Virus record (IMG/VR): IMGVR_UViG_3300025872_000041
Coordinates: 50,559 to 114,558 of that record
Direction: 5' to 3' (one strand)
Source of the DNA: a virus
Taxonomy: Duplodnaviria; Caudoviricetes
Length of the DNA: 64,000 nucleotides
In this document: positions 1 to 9,552 of the stretch, in pieces
Position numbering within the stretch: position 1 is the first letter of the stretch
Layout of the letters: every line of letters starts with the position of its first letter
The notes under the pieces: model-generated
Told to the model about the DNA's origin: nothing
Seen by the model: the letters and a program-made list of their open reading frames with translations, nothing else
The model's database searches: none
Made by a program: the position numbers and the translations under genes

Positions 1-309
1 TATACTCTTAGTTATAGCTTTAATAACGTTTACTCGTCTAGCTCTACTAAGAAATATAGAATCAAATTGTATACTAATGCTGATGCATTGCTTTCACAAA
101 GTACTACTAACATTGCAAATACATATGGTGGAACTATTAGTGGTACACTTCAAGGTCTTACAGTTGGAACCTACAAGGTAGAAATTTCAATTATTGATGT
201 AGCATCTGGAGTAGATGTAGTTAGCAAAGTTTGTCCTAAACAAACTACTGTTGTTGGTTCAGGCAGTTGTCCTCCAATAAGCAACCTTAATTCCTTTATA
301 ATTAACTAA
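1..309 (+). CDS. 5'-truncated structural protein (Ig/FN3-like, Cys-containing)
   Basis: Frame 1 is open from base 1 (YTLSYSFNNV...KYRIKLYTN...), so the listed start at 67 is internal. Thr/Ser/Val-rich beta-type sequence 'GLTVGTYKVEISI', similar to the next two genes. Confidence 0.6.
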   Translation, partial: YTLSYSFNNVYSSSSTKKYRIKLYTNADALLSQSTTNIANTYGGTISGTLQGLTVGTYKVEISIIDVASGVDVVSKVCPKQTTVVGSGSCPPISNLNSFIIN

Positions 310-311
310 TC

Positions 312-848
312 ATGAGCTGTAATTGTCAACCAAAACCCTGTGGCTGTGAGGATACCAAATTGGTATCCCCAGTTACTACTGAATGTGCTATCTCTGAACT
401 ATGTGATGAGGTAGTAAGTTTTGAATGCGTTAAATATACCGGTAATGATATTTATACTATTGATATCAAGAAGAATGAGCGTCTTGATTTAGTAGTAAAA
501 AAATTAGTATTATATTTAACTAATCCAAACTGCTTTAATCCACTAGCTACTTGTCAATCAATCAAGAATTTTAATATTAGTAATGTTAAACAAACCGAAG
601 CAACTGTCAGTTATACTGTTCCTGGTGCTCCTGCTACTATTACTTCAACTAAATTACAATGGTCTACAGACCCTGCGTTTGTAACGGTTACAGGTTCTCA
701 GTCAATTCTTGTTAGTGCTACGCCTAAGTGGACTATTATTAACTTGTCAGCAAACACAACTTATTATGTAAGATTACTTACTAGTACTTCTGGTAGTGCT
801 GATTGCTGTACATCTATCACCTTATCATTTAAAACATTAACAACCTAA
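312..848 (+). CDS. virion structural protein with Cys-rich N-terminus and fibronectin type III domain
   Basis: N-terminal CxC...CxC and 'CVKYTG' segment; FN3 signature 'NLSANTTYYVRL'. Confidence 0.65.
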   Translation: MSCNCQPKPCGCEDTKLVSPVTTECAISELCDEVVSFECVKYTGNDIYTIDIKKNERLDLVVKKLVLYLTNPNCFNPLATCQSIKNFNISNVKQTEATVSYTVPGAPATITSTKLQWSTDPAFVTVTGSQSILVSATPKWTIINLSANTTYYVRLLTSTSGSADCCTSITLSFKTLTT

Positions 849-1291
849 TGGCATCTTTATATTTAACTTTTACTCCTCCTAATCCTATACCAGCTCTTGG
901 TTATTTGGTAAAATACAGAGTTAATTCTCCTCAAGGAGCATGGCAAAGTATGGTTTTTCCACAATCTAGTGGACCAATTCAGTTAGCAGGATTAACATCA
1001 ACTGTTTATGATGTTGAAGTATATGCACGTTGTGGTTCTGGCGAAGACGTAACGCTTAGCTTAGTATCATCTGATACAACTATTGTACAAAGTTGTACTA
1101 GTTATACAGTTAATAATCCTACAGGAAGTGCTAAGCTTTTAAACTATGAAGCTTGTGGTACAAGTGGTGAAGAAGTTAATTTAAATATTAATGCTGGAAC
1201 TACTATTTCATTATGTATTGTTACTGGACAGTATACAGCCGCTTCGGGATTAGTTGTTACCGCAGGTAGTGCTTGCGTACCACCACTTTAA
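848..1291 (+). CDS. FN3-like domain structural protein
   Basis: FN3 pattern 'GYLVKYR...W...LAGLTSTVYDVEVYARC'. Coupled to the previous gene by a TAATG overlap. Confidence 0.6.
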   Translation: MASLYLTFTPPNPIPALGYLVKYRVNSPQGAWQSMVFPQSSGPIQLAGLTSTVYDVEVYARCGSGEDVTLSLVSSDTTIVQSCTSYTVNNPTGSAKLLNYEACGTSGEEVNLNINAGTTISLCIVTGQYTAASGLVVTAGSACVPPL

Positions 1292-1315
1292 TTTGGATAA
1301 TTAAAAATCATTTAC

Positions 1316-1330
1316 TATATTAATATTGTA
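1316..1330 (+). promoter_or_regulatory. putative phage late-promoter motif (TATATTAATATTGTA)
   Basis: Matches a 15-nt motif TAT(A/C)TTW-W4-TRTA that recurs upstream of + strand genes at 2679, 21479, 43241 and 50934. Confidence 0.45.
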
Positions 1331-1370
1331 TAAGTACTAAGAGGGTTTGTTGGTTTACCCCTCTGATTAG

Positions 1371-1400
1371 ACCCCGGTGTAAAAAGCCGGGGTTTATTTT
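1371..1400 (+). terminator. intrinsic terminator
   Basis: Stem ACCCCGGT-GTAAAAA-GCCGGGGT followed by TTATTTT. Confidence 0.75.
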
Positions 1401-1408
1401 ATAATAAC

Positions 1409-1437
1409 TTGATTATAAACTATTTTTACTACATTTG
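1409..1437 (+). promoter_or_regulatory. Bacteroidota sigma-A type promoter (-33 TTG, -7 TACATTTG)
   Basis: TAnnTTTG at 1430-1437 with TTG at 1409-1411, 16 nt before the ATG at 1454. Confidence 0.55.
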
Positions 1438-1453
1438 ATAAAACAATTACCGC

Positions 1454-2662
1454 ATGTATTCACAAGAATTAAAAGATAAGGTAGCTAAAAGTAAAGAATG
1501 GAAGCTATCTAATATTGAGTGTGCAAGAAGAATTGGTATTACTTTAGATGAATATTTAAAGATTAAAAAGTCTCTAGGATTTAAATCTAAAAAATTAAAA
1601 TACAATTCAGAACATAATGTAGAAAGAATTAATTCGGAGTCTTATGATTTAGAAAAAGGCACAGGTAAGATAGAGAAATTAGTATCAGTTAATCCTAAAA
1701 CCCCTGAAGAGATTATAGAGATCTTGGGTATAGATACTACAGAGTGGAAGTTATCTCAATATTGGAATAAGGAGAGAAGTGATAAATGGTTAGTATCAGC
1801 TTTAGTAACTAAAGTAGTAAAGACTAAAGAAGATTATCTAAAAGACATCATAGAAAACTTTAAACCGGATTATAAACCAGTAGTAGTAAAGAAGCAAAAG
1901 AGACACCGATATGTAAGCTGTGTACTATCTATGCAAGATATGCATATTGGTAAGGATGGTAATGATGATATCATAGAACAGTACTTTGCTTCACTAGAAC
2001 AACTTACAGAGAGTGTATCTAATAATTACTTTATAGATGATCTAGTGTATGTTGTAGGTGGTGATATATTAAACATGGATACGTTTAATGGTACTACTAC
2101 ATCAGGTACTCCGGTAGAGAACTCTGATAAAGCCTACAAAGTATATGCTGAAGCTTTTGATGCCCTATACCGGGGCATTCGTTTTTTAAAGGAGAGGTGT
2201 GAGACATTACATATAATGTTTATACCCGGTAATCATGATAGACTATCATCTTATCATCTAGTACATGCTCTCTCTAAAGCTGTACAAGAGGATGGTATAG
2301 TATGGCATGCTGATTATGCAGAGAGAAAAGTACTTACGTTTAACAATAACTTCTTTGCATTTGAGCACGGAGATGTAAATACTAAGAACTCATTACTAGT
2401 TTATGCTACTGAATTTTCAGAGCCCTGGGGTAATACTAAATTTAGAACTCTATATACTGGACATTATCATAAGAAGAAAACTGTAGAGTATATTACAGAG
2501 GATGAAATAACTGGTTTCTCTATTAAGATTATTCCTAGTCTATCTAAAACAGACTACTGGCACTACCATAATAAGTTTATTGGTAGTAAGAGAGCTGCCC
2601 TTATTGAGGTTCATGACTATGACAATGGTAAGATTGGAGAGTTTGTTTATAACTGTATTTAA
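1454..2662 (+). CDS. calcineurin-like metallophosphoesterase with N-terminal HTH-like region
   Basis: Ordered motifs DMH, GGD, GNHD, HGD and GHYH. Confidence 0.85.
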   Translation: MYSQELKDKVAKSKEWKLSNIECARRIGITLDEYLKIKKSLGFKSKKLKYNSEHNVERINSESYDLEKGTGKIEKLVSVNPKTPEEIIEILGIDTTEWKLSQYWNKERSDKWLVSALVTKVVKTKEDYLKDIIENFKPDYKPVVVKKQKRHRYVSCVLSMQDMHIGKDGNDDIIEQYFASLEQLTESVSNNYFIDDLVYVVGGDILNMDTFNGTTTSGTPVENSDKAYKVYAEAFDALYRGIRFLKERCETLHIMFIPGNHDRLSSYHLVHALSKAVQEDGIVWHADYAERKVLTFNNNFFAFEHGDVNTKNSLLVYATEFSEPWGNTKFRTLYTGHYHKKKTVEYITEDEITGFSIKIIPSLSKTDYWHYHNKFIGSKRAALIEVHDYDNGKIGEFVYNCI

Positions 2663-2678
2663 TCTGGATTAAATTTTG

Positions 2679-2693
2679 TATCTTATTAATGTA
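2679..2693 (+). promoter_or_regulatory. putative phage late-promoter motif (TATCTTATTAATGTA)
   Basis: Same 15-nt motif, 8 nt upstream of the ATG that opens the tail gene cluster. Confidence 0.45.
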
Positions 2694-2701
2694 GTCAAGG
2701 T

Positions 2702-3283
2702 ATGAGAGGATATAAAGCACCTGATTTACATGCCTCAAGGCTGAGAATAAAACCTAAGAGAATCTTAACAAAAGATTTTTTAGCAGAGTTCAAGGAGAGG
2801 CATCCTGAGTTTTCTACATTAGATGACAAAACTATCAAGAAGATAGTGATGAAGTTTAATGAAAATATTTGGAAAGAGGTAATTGCGTATAGAGATGGAG
2901 TTGAGTTACCAGAAAGTCTGGGATACCTGTTCATAGGTACCTGTACATTTAACCGTGACACTAATGTAAATTATGGTCTATCAGTTAAATACGGTAAAGA
3001 AATAAAGAACAGGAATCTAGAGTCAGATTCTAAGTTAGCTAAGATTTTCTATACAAACTATCAGACCAAATATAAGTTTGCAAACCGTGAGTTATGGGGT
3101 TTTCAAGCAGTTAGACAATTCAAGAGATCTGTAGCTAAAGAGTATCCTGTGTCTTGGCAAAAATATATTGTTGTAGATTCATATAAGAAAGTGTCAGAGA
3201 TGTTTTCAAAAGCTCTTAGAAAGCAAAGAGTTAAGAAAGAAGATAAGGATATACTTAGCTCATATGATGAATTTGAATTTTAA
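2702..3283 (+). CDS. IHF/HU-like DNA-binding protein (crAss-like)
   Basis: Basic protein with helix-helix then 'DGVELPESLGYLFI' (HU-like 'V.l.gfG.F' turn). Its position just before the tail ring genes matches crAss-like phages. Confidence 0.6.
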   Translation: MRGYKAPDLHASRLRIKPKRILTKDFLAEFKERHPEFSTLDDKTIKKIVMKFNENIWKEVIAYRDGVELPESLGYLFIGTCTFNRDTNVNYGLSVKYGKEIKNRNLESDSKLAKIFYTNYQTKYKFANRELWGFQAVRQFKRSVAKEYPVSWQKYIVVDSYKKVSEMFSKALRKQRVKKEDKDILSSYDEFEF

Positions 3284-3288
3284 TAAAA

Positions 3289-3954
3289 ATGGTAACTATT
3301 GGAACCGTAGTCTCAAGGGTAAAAAATCAAGTTAAGAGTGTAAGACAAGATGCATTTCTTACTAATAGGTATGTTTATAATGTTATAATTAAATATGCCC
3401 AAGTTCTGATGAGGAGACAAGACTCTCAGAATAAACTATCTAAATTTAATTCTATTTGGCAAACTTTACCATGTTTAGAGTTAATTGAAATAGATAAGGT
3501 TGAAGCATGCTGCGCTGGTATAAAATCTGGGCGCACTATAATGCGTACAAAAGATAAACTTCCCACATTCATGGAAGGTTACTGGGGTCCTTTAATTAGA
3601 TCTGTAACGTCTATAGATGGTAGTCAGGAATTAAATCCTACTACACCTGGTGTTTATACCTCTATGACTAAGACTACAGGTTTTAAATATAACAACACTA
3701 AGTACTACTGGTTTTTAAACGGTTATTTATATATGCCGAATATTAGCTGGGAAGCTTTAAAGATAGAAGGTATTTTTATTCAAGATGTATCTCAGTATAC
3801 AGATGAAGATACTTGTATTAAAAGAATGGATCATAAGATTAATGTTCCTGAATTTTTATTAGCTGAAGCAGAAAAAATGGCTATCCAAGATTTTATTGGA
3901 AGATTACAGATTCCTTCAGATTTATCAGATGACAATATTAACTTAAACAGATAA
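3289..3954 (+). CDS. tail ring / tubular protein
   Basis: 'RTKDKLP...IRSVTSIDGS...YYWFLNGYLY' pattern and position between the IHF-like gene and the muzzle gene. Confidence 0.6.
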   Translation: MVTIGTVVSRVKNQVKSVRQDAFLTNRYVYNVIIKYAQVLMRRQDSQNKLSKFNSIWQTLPCLELIEIDKVEACCAGIKSGRTIMRTKDKLPTFMEGYWGPLIRSVTSIDGSQELNPTTPGVYTSMTKTTGFKYNNTKYYWFLNGYLYMPNISWEALKIEGIFIQDVSQYTDEDTCIKRMDHKINVPEFLLAEAEKMAIQDFIGRLQIPSDLSDDNINLNR

Positions 3955-3958
3955 GGCA

Positions 3959-4813
3959 ATGCTTACAGAATTAAAATATAAAACCTTTGATGAATTACTT
4001 GAAGATGTAAGCGTTGATTTCTCAATGTATTCTTTAGAGGGTATGATTGAGCCTCAACAACTTATTAAAGTTGTTCAGAGAATAAATTATGATTTAGGTT
4101 TAAGAATATTTAAAACTAAAGAAGAGGTTCTAGACATTGAGAATAATCTGGTAAAACTACCAGATGATTTCTATGTAATGAACTATGCTTTACTTTGTGG
4201 TCAATACAAAGTTGAACAGCCGGCCATGAGTGGTACTCACGTTGAGGAAGTTATAATTGACCCGGCAACTGTTACTACTCCATGTGGGGATACTTGTATT
4301 ACTGATTGTGGTGATCATATGCGTCTTGTACAAAAATTACAGTATGAGACACGAATATACGATATAAATACACCAATTACATTAACTGGTAACTCTAAAA
4401 GTATTTCTTGTGATTGTCCTAATACCTCTTATAAATCACCATACGTTGGTAAACTTAAAGATGGTTTTATATACATGAACTTAGAGACTGGAAAACTATA
4501 TGTTAACTATCAAGGAGCTTTAGAAGATGAGGATGGTAACTTATTAATCTTAGATCACCCAATGATTAATGAGTACTATGAGTATGGTTTAAAGCAAAGA
4601 ATACTTGAGAATCTTTATATGAATGGAGAGGACGTAATGCAAAAGTTAAATCTTATTGAACAAAGATTCAGAGGAGCTCGTAACAATGCATTGTCTATTG
4701 TAAATACTCCTAACTTTAAAGAGTTATCTAAATTGCATGATATGAATAGACGTGCTATGTATGGCAAGTACTACGATCAATTTAAAAGTTACAACTATAA
4801 TAGTTCTAGATAA
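3959..4813 (+). CDS. tail tubular/ring protein (P22 gp4-like)
   Basis: 'VKLPDDF' and 'G.LYVNYQG...DEDGNLLILD' patterns typical of crAss-like tail tube proteins; directly upstream of the stabilisation protein. Confidence 0.65.
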   Translation: MLTELKYKTFDELLEDVSVDFSMYSLEGMIEPQQLIKVVQRINYDLGLRIFKTKEEVLDIENNLVKLPDDFYVMNYALLCGQYKVEQPAMSGTHVEEVIIDPATVTTPCGDTCITDCGDHMRLVQKLQYETRIYDINTPITLTGNSKSISCDCPNTSYKSPYVGKLKDGFIYMNLETGKLYVNYQGALEDEDGNLLILDHPMINEYYEYGLKQRILENLYMNGEDVMQKLNLIEQRFRGARNNALSIVNTPNFKELSKLHDMNRRAMYGKYYDQFKSYNYNSSR

Positions 4814-7800
4814 TGGATGGTAAAACCAGTTTAATTCACACCGAGCTATATAACAAAGGCTTACTAAAAGATGTAAGTGATGCTTATATTGGTGAGGGAT
4901 ATTGGACACATGCTAGAAATGCTGTAAACAATTCTCCTTCTGGAGATGTTGGAGTATTAGGTAATGAGCCTAGTAATATAGCTTGTGTAGAAGTACCGTA
5001 TACTATTATAGGTACTATTTATATAAGTAATGGTAAGTGGGCTATTTATTCAACCAATGATTTTTCTTCAGAGATTGGTTTGTTTGATGAGAATGGTTGT
5101 ACATACAATACAATTCATAATGATCCTTTAAACCAGTGTTTTAAGTTTAATAAGGTTTACCCAATTATTGGGGTATCTAAATATACCTCTGATTGTACTT
5201 GGAATCTTTATTGGGATGATGGTAATAATCCATCAAGAACAATGAATATTGGTAAGGAGGAAGCTTGGCCTTATAGTCCTTTAAACTGGGAAGGTGTTCC
5301 GTATCTTATGAATGACTTAGATCCGGGACCATGTAAAGATGAAGTATCTAGTGGTGTATTGGATTGTGATAAACTTAGATTAGCAGCGTATGCTAAAACT
5401 CCTTGTATTCAAGTAAAGAAGGGTGTTGGTCTAGGTACATTACTTAACGGATCATATCAAGCTACAATTGCATATTCTGTAAATGGTATTAAGGTTACAG
5501 ATTACTTAGCTATTTCTAACGTTCAAGCATTATGGACTCATGATAATGTTAATGGTTCTTTAGATATTATCATTAGTGATATAGATACAGACTATGATGA
5601 ATTTGAATTAGTCTTAATAGGTTTTGTTAATCAACAAGCTGTAGCAAGAAAGATTGGTTATTATTCTACTCAAACAACTACTATATCTTTAGATGCTGTT
5701 GATCCAACATTAGCAACAGTTCCTTTAGAACAAATACCTTTACGTACCCCAGCATATGAGAAATCAGCGGGTATGTATAATGTAAATGATTATTTAATTA
5801 GAGTTGGTCCTACTACATATGAAGACTTTAATTATCAACCTCTAGCTAATAATATTACAGCAAAGTGGGTGGGTGTAGAATACCCAGCTGATTATTATTA
5901 TAAAGGCGGAAATAAACCAACATTTTTAAGAGATGAAGTATATAGTTTCTTTATACGATGGATTTATGATACCGGTGATAAATCATCTAGCTATCATATT
6001 CCAGGACGTGCTCCAAAGCCCGGAGAACTTAATAATAATTCTAGCCCTGATCACATTATAGATTTTGGTCAAGAGCAAGAATGGCAAGTAAATAATACAG
6101 CTACAATTCTACCTGCTTCTGGAACAACAGATGATGGTGGTCTTATTAAGTATTCTGGTGAGCTAGCTTATTGGGAATCTACTGAGAAGTATCCTGATAA
6201 TAAACCAGAGATCTGGGGAGATCTTTGTGCTGAAAACATTAGACATCATAAGATGCCTGATGATATTGTAATACCTAATTATAATCCTACTACTAATAGT
6301 ATTATTATTTTAGGTGTTGAGTTTTCTAATATAGAATTTCCTGTAGATCAAAACAATCAATACATTACTAGTATTATAGGTTATGAGATTTTAAGGGGTA
6401 CTAGAGAGGGTAACCGTACTATTATTGCTAAGGGTCTTATTAATAACATGCGGGAGTATGATATACCCGATAAGATTGCAGGTGATAAAGTTACAACTGG
6501 TTTATATGTAAACTATCCTTATAACTTCTTAGACCATGATCCATTCTTAGGTAGAGATAAAGCTACTTTAGATAGACCCGGTAATAGAAGTGTACAAACT
6601 AAGGGTGGAGCATTTAGAGATAAAGATAAATATGATAGCACTGGATTAAGTAATGTAGATGTTACATTATTTGATGGTGTTAAAAGAGATATCTTTTCTT
6701 TTCATTCACCTGAGACAACATTTAGAAATCCTTTCTTATCTGCCACAGAATTAAAAGTTTATGGTGAAGTATATGGTAATGTAATTGGTAGATTTATTCC
6801 GGTTGAGAATCATCCTAAAGATAAATTTATAACAGATACAGCTGTGATACTTTCTTCATTAGCTGGTGTTGCTATTGGTGTGACTGCAGCTAATGCTGCT
6901 AATGGAAATGCTTTGGATCAAGGTAAAGCTGCTATTATGACAGTTGCTTTAGGTAGTATTATAGGAACACCAGTAGCAGGTGCTTCAGGCGCAGTAGTAG
7001 GAGCATTTGCTGGCGCAGCTGCTTATGCAATAGGTCGAGCATTTTTACTATCTTATTATTGGTTAGAATCAACAAGAAACATAGTTGAAATTATAGAATC
7101 TATTGGTAAAAAAAGACAGTTTGCTTATCAGTATGTATCACATGGTTTTTATAATAATCTTATAAAAGCTGCTGTTGGTAGCAGAAGAAGGGGTATTAAA
7201 AACTCTTTATATCTTGATCCTGTTGTTCAGGAATATGATAACATATATAGAATTAATAATCTTTATAGAGCAAACACTGTTGTTTTAACTACTGAAAGAA
7301 CAATTAATGATCCAATAACTAAAGACAATACATTATTTACTATTGGTCATATTGCACGCTCACAAAATGGCAGACCCGATTTAAGTGTTTATGGTGTTGA
7401 TGATAAAGGTAATCCTTTTAATGCTAAAGATATCTGGAAAGAACCAGAGGCATATACTCAAACATCTGTTACCTCTGCTCATTATGCTGCTTTAAAAATT
7501 AAGAATGATAATCTGTATGGTCAACTAGATGGTATTAGACAAATACCTGTAGGGTGTATAAACCTTTGGACTATTAATAAAGCTCTTAAAGCTACCTCTG
7601 GTTTAGTGTTTGGTGGAGATATGTATGTAAACCGCTACACTGAAAAATCTACATTCTTCTATTTTACACAGTGGATGCAGAATTTACCAGATAGCACAGA
7701 GTGGGATTATAGATTATACAACATGCTTCCTTATCCAAGATATTGGATGAATACTGGAAAGTATAATGTTGGTGATTTATTAGATATTGTTTTTGAGCCA

Positions 7801-9552
7801 ACTAGTGATAGCATTCTACCTAATGATTATCATCATTTAGATAGAAGAATGACTTCTGGATTTTTGATGGTTAGGTTTGCTTATATGTATTTGTTTAATT
7901 CTGGCGTTAGAGATTTCTATGTAGAGTCAGAAATTAACTTAGCATATAGAGATTATGATGATAATCCTGGTAAGAGACACTACGATTTTAGAACATATAG
8001 TAACTATGAGCAGTTGTTTAGTGCTCCATACATTAAAGATACAAACTACTATAAGTATGATTACTCTTTAAGTATTAGTAAACATGTATCAAACTTTGTT
8101 TCATGGGGTAATCTTCAACCAAGAATATATGATCCTAATAATGTAAGTTGCTTTACCTCTTATGAGACAAGAGTTATTTATTCTTTACAACAACAGTATG
8201 AATTAAGAAAAGATAACTGGAGACAGTTCTTAGCAAATAACTATTACGACTTTAATTCTAAGGTTGTAACTATGAGAAACTTTGGTAAAACTGGTGCAGT
8301 TATTATGTTCAATGATAGCTCTCCTATTTTATTTCAAGGTGCAGAAACTTTAGATCTTAATGGTGGAACTAAATTAACTATTGGTGATGGTCAGTTATTT
8401 AATGGTCAACCATTACAAAATGTAATAAATGTAGATCCTGAGTTTGAATATGGTAGTTGTCAGAATAGATTATCTGTAATCAATACTCCAGCAGGTTTAT
8501 TCTATGCAAGCCAAAACCAAGGAAAGGTATTTTCTTTTGGTCAAGGAATACAAGACATTTCTAAGTCTGGTATGAAGTGGTGGTTTTCACAATACAGTCC
8601 TTATGCTGTTCTTGAAGATTTTCCTGATCTAGATCCTATAGTATTAGATAATACAATTATTGGGGTTGGATTACAAACTACTTATGATAACATAAATGAG
8701 ATTCTTTATTTCTGTAAGAAAGACTATAAATTAAAACCTGAGTTTAAAGGTAAATTTAAAGCCGGAGCACAGAACAAACTCATATCTACAGAGTATGCAG
8801 GATTAATAATTAATTTAGGTGATCCTACATATTTTGATGATGTATCATGGACTGTTAGTTATGATCCTAAAGCAAAAGCATTTATATCTTTTCATGACTG
8901 GCATCCAGATTTAGTAATGGCTAGTAAGACATACTATATGACAGTTAAGAATAATACTATTTGGAAACATAACTTAGTATGTAACTCTTTCTGTAATTAC
9001 TATGGTGTTGATTATCCATTTGAGATTGAGTATGTACAGAACCAAGGTCAAACCGTTACAACAACTAGATCAGTAGAGTATATTCTAGAATGTTATAAGT
9101 ATTCTCCTAACTGTTTAGATTATCATCACTTATTAGATGAAAATTTTGATCGGGCTATTGTATATAATACAGAACAAATTTCTGGGGACTTAGTATTAAA
9201 CTTATCTCCTAAGAATAATCCTTATTTAATTAATAACTATCCTTTAGTAAATGCTAGTAATATTGATATCTTATTTTCTAAAGAAGAACAGAAATATAGA
9301 TTTAATCAATTCTGGGATATTACTAATGACCGTGGTGAATTTACTGGAACTTTTGTACCCATGTGGACTACTGAACCTAACGGTTATATTAGGAATATTA
9401 ATGCAACTTACGTAAATTATAATAAGGGAGCTACACAAAGAAAGAAGTTTAGGCATTATATTAATAAGGTTGTATTAAAGAAGCTTATTTCCGGGTCATC
9501 TAAATTCTTATTAAAACTCTCCAACAATAAACTACTTGCATCATTTAGATAA
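4813..9552 (+). CDS. tail stabilisation / muzzle protein (P22 gp10-like)
   Basis: 1579 aa. N-terminal 'KGLLKD...W..ARNA...NEPSN', internal 'FLRDEVYSFFIRW', 'FHSPE' and 'FGGDMYVNRY', C-terminal 'WTVSY...FISFHDW.P'. Confidence 0.8.
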   Translation: MDGKTSLIHTELYNKGLLKDVSDAYIGEGYWTHARNAVNNSPSGDVGVLGNEPSNIACVEVPYTIIGTIYISNGKWAIYSTNDFSSEIGLFDENGCTYNTIHNDPLNQCFKFNKVYPIIGVSKYTSDCTWNLYWDDGNNPSRTMNIGKEEAWPYSPLNWEGVPYLMNDLDPGPCKDEVSSGVLDCDKLRLAAYAKTPCIQVKKGVGLGTLLNGSYQATIAYSVNGIKVTDYLAISNVQALWTHDNVNGSLDIIISDIDTDYDEFELVLIGFVNQQAVARKIGYYSTQTTTISLDAVDPTLATVPLEQIPLRTPAYEKSAGMYNVNDYLIRVGPTTYEDFNYQPLANNITAKWVGVEYPADYYYKGGNKPTFLRDEVYSFFIRWIYDTGDKSSSYHIPGRAPKPGELNNNSSPDHIIDFGQEQEWQVNNTATILPASGTTDDGGLIKYSGELAYWESTEKYPDNKPEIWGDLCAENIRHHKMPDDIVIPNYNPTTNSIIILGVEFSNIEFPVDQNNQYITSIIGYEILRGTREGNRTIIAKGLINNMREYDIPDKIAGDKVTTGLYVNYPYNFLDHDPFLGRDKATLDRPGNRSVQTKGGAFRDKDKYDSTGLSNVDVTLFDGVKRDIFSFHSPETTFRNPFLSATELKVYGEVYGNVIGRFIPVENHPKDKFITDTAVILSSLAGVAIGVTAANAANGNALDQGKAAIMTVALGSIIGTPVAGASGAVVGAFAGAAAYAIGRAFLLSYYWLESTRNIVEIIESIGKKRQFAYQYVSHGFYNNLIKAAVGSRRRGIKNSLYLDPVVQEYDNIYRINNLYRANTVVLTTERTINDPITKDNTLFTIGHIARSQNGRPDLSVYGVDDKGNPFNAKDIWKEPEAYTQTSVTSAHYAALKIKNDNLYGQLDGIRQIPVGCINLWTINKALKATSGLVFGGDMYVNRYTEKSTFFYFTQWMQNLPDSTEWDYRLYNMLPYPRYWMNTGKYNVGDLLDIVFEPTSDSILPNDYHHLDRRMTSGFLMVRFAYMYLFNSGVRDFYVESEINLAYRDYDDNPGKRHYDFRTYSNYEQLFSAPYIKDTNYYKYDYSLSISKHVSNFVSWGNLQPRIYDPNNVSCFTSYETRVIYSLQQQYELRKDNWRQFLANNYYDFNSKVVTMRNFGKTGAVIMFNDSSPILFQGAETLDLNGGTKLTIGDGQLFNGQPLQNVINVDPEFEYGSCQNRLSVINTPAGLFYASQNQGKVFSFGQGIQDISKSGMKWWFSQYSPYAVLEDFPDLDPIVLDNTIIGVGLQTTYDNINEILYFCKKDYKLKPEFKGKFKAGAQNKLISTEYAGLIINLGDPTYFDDVSWTVSYDPKAKAFISFHDWHPDLVMASKTYYMTVKNNTIWKHNLVCNSFCNYYGVDYPFEIEYVQNQGQTVTTTRSVEYILECYKYSPNCLDYHHLLDENFDRAIVYNTEQISGDLVLNLSPKNNPYLINNYPLVNASNIDILFSKEEQKYRFNQFWDITNDRGEFTGTFVPMWTTEPNGYIRNINATYVNYNKGATQRKKFRHYINKVVLKKLISGSSKFLLKLSNNKLLASFR

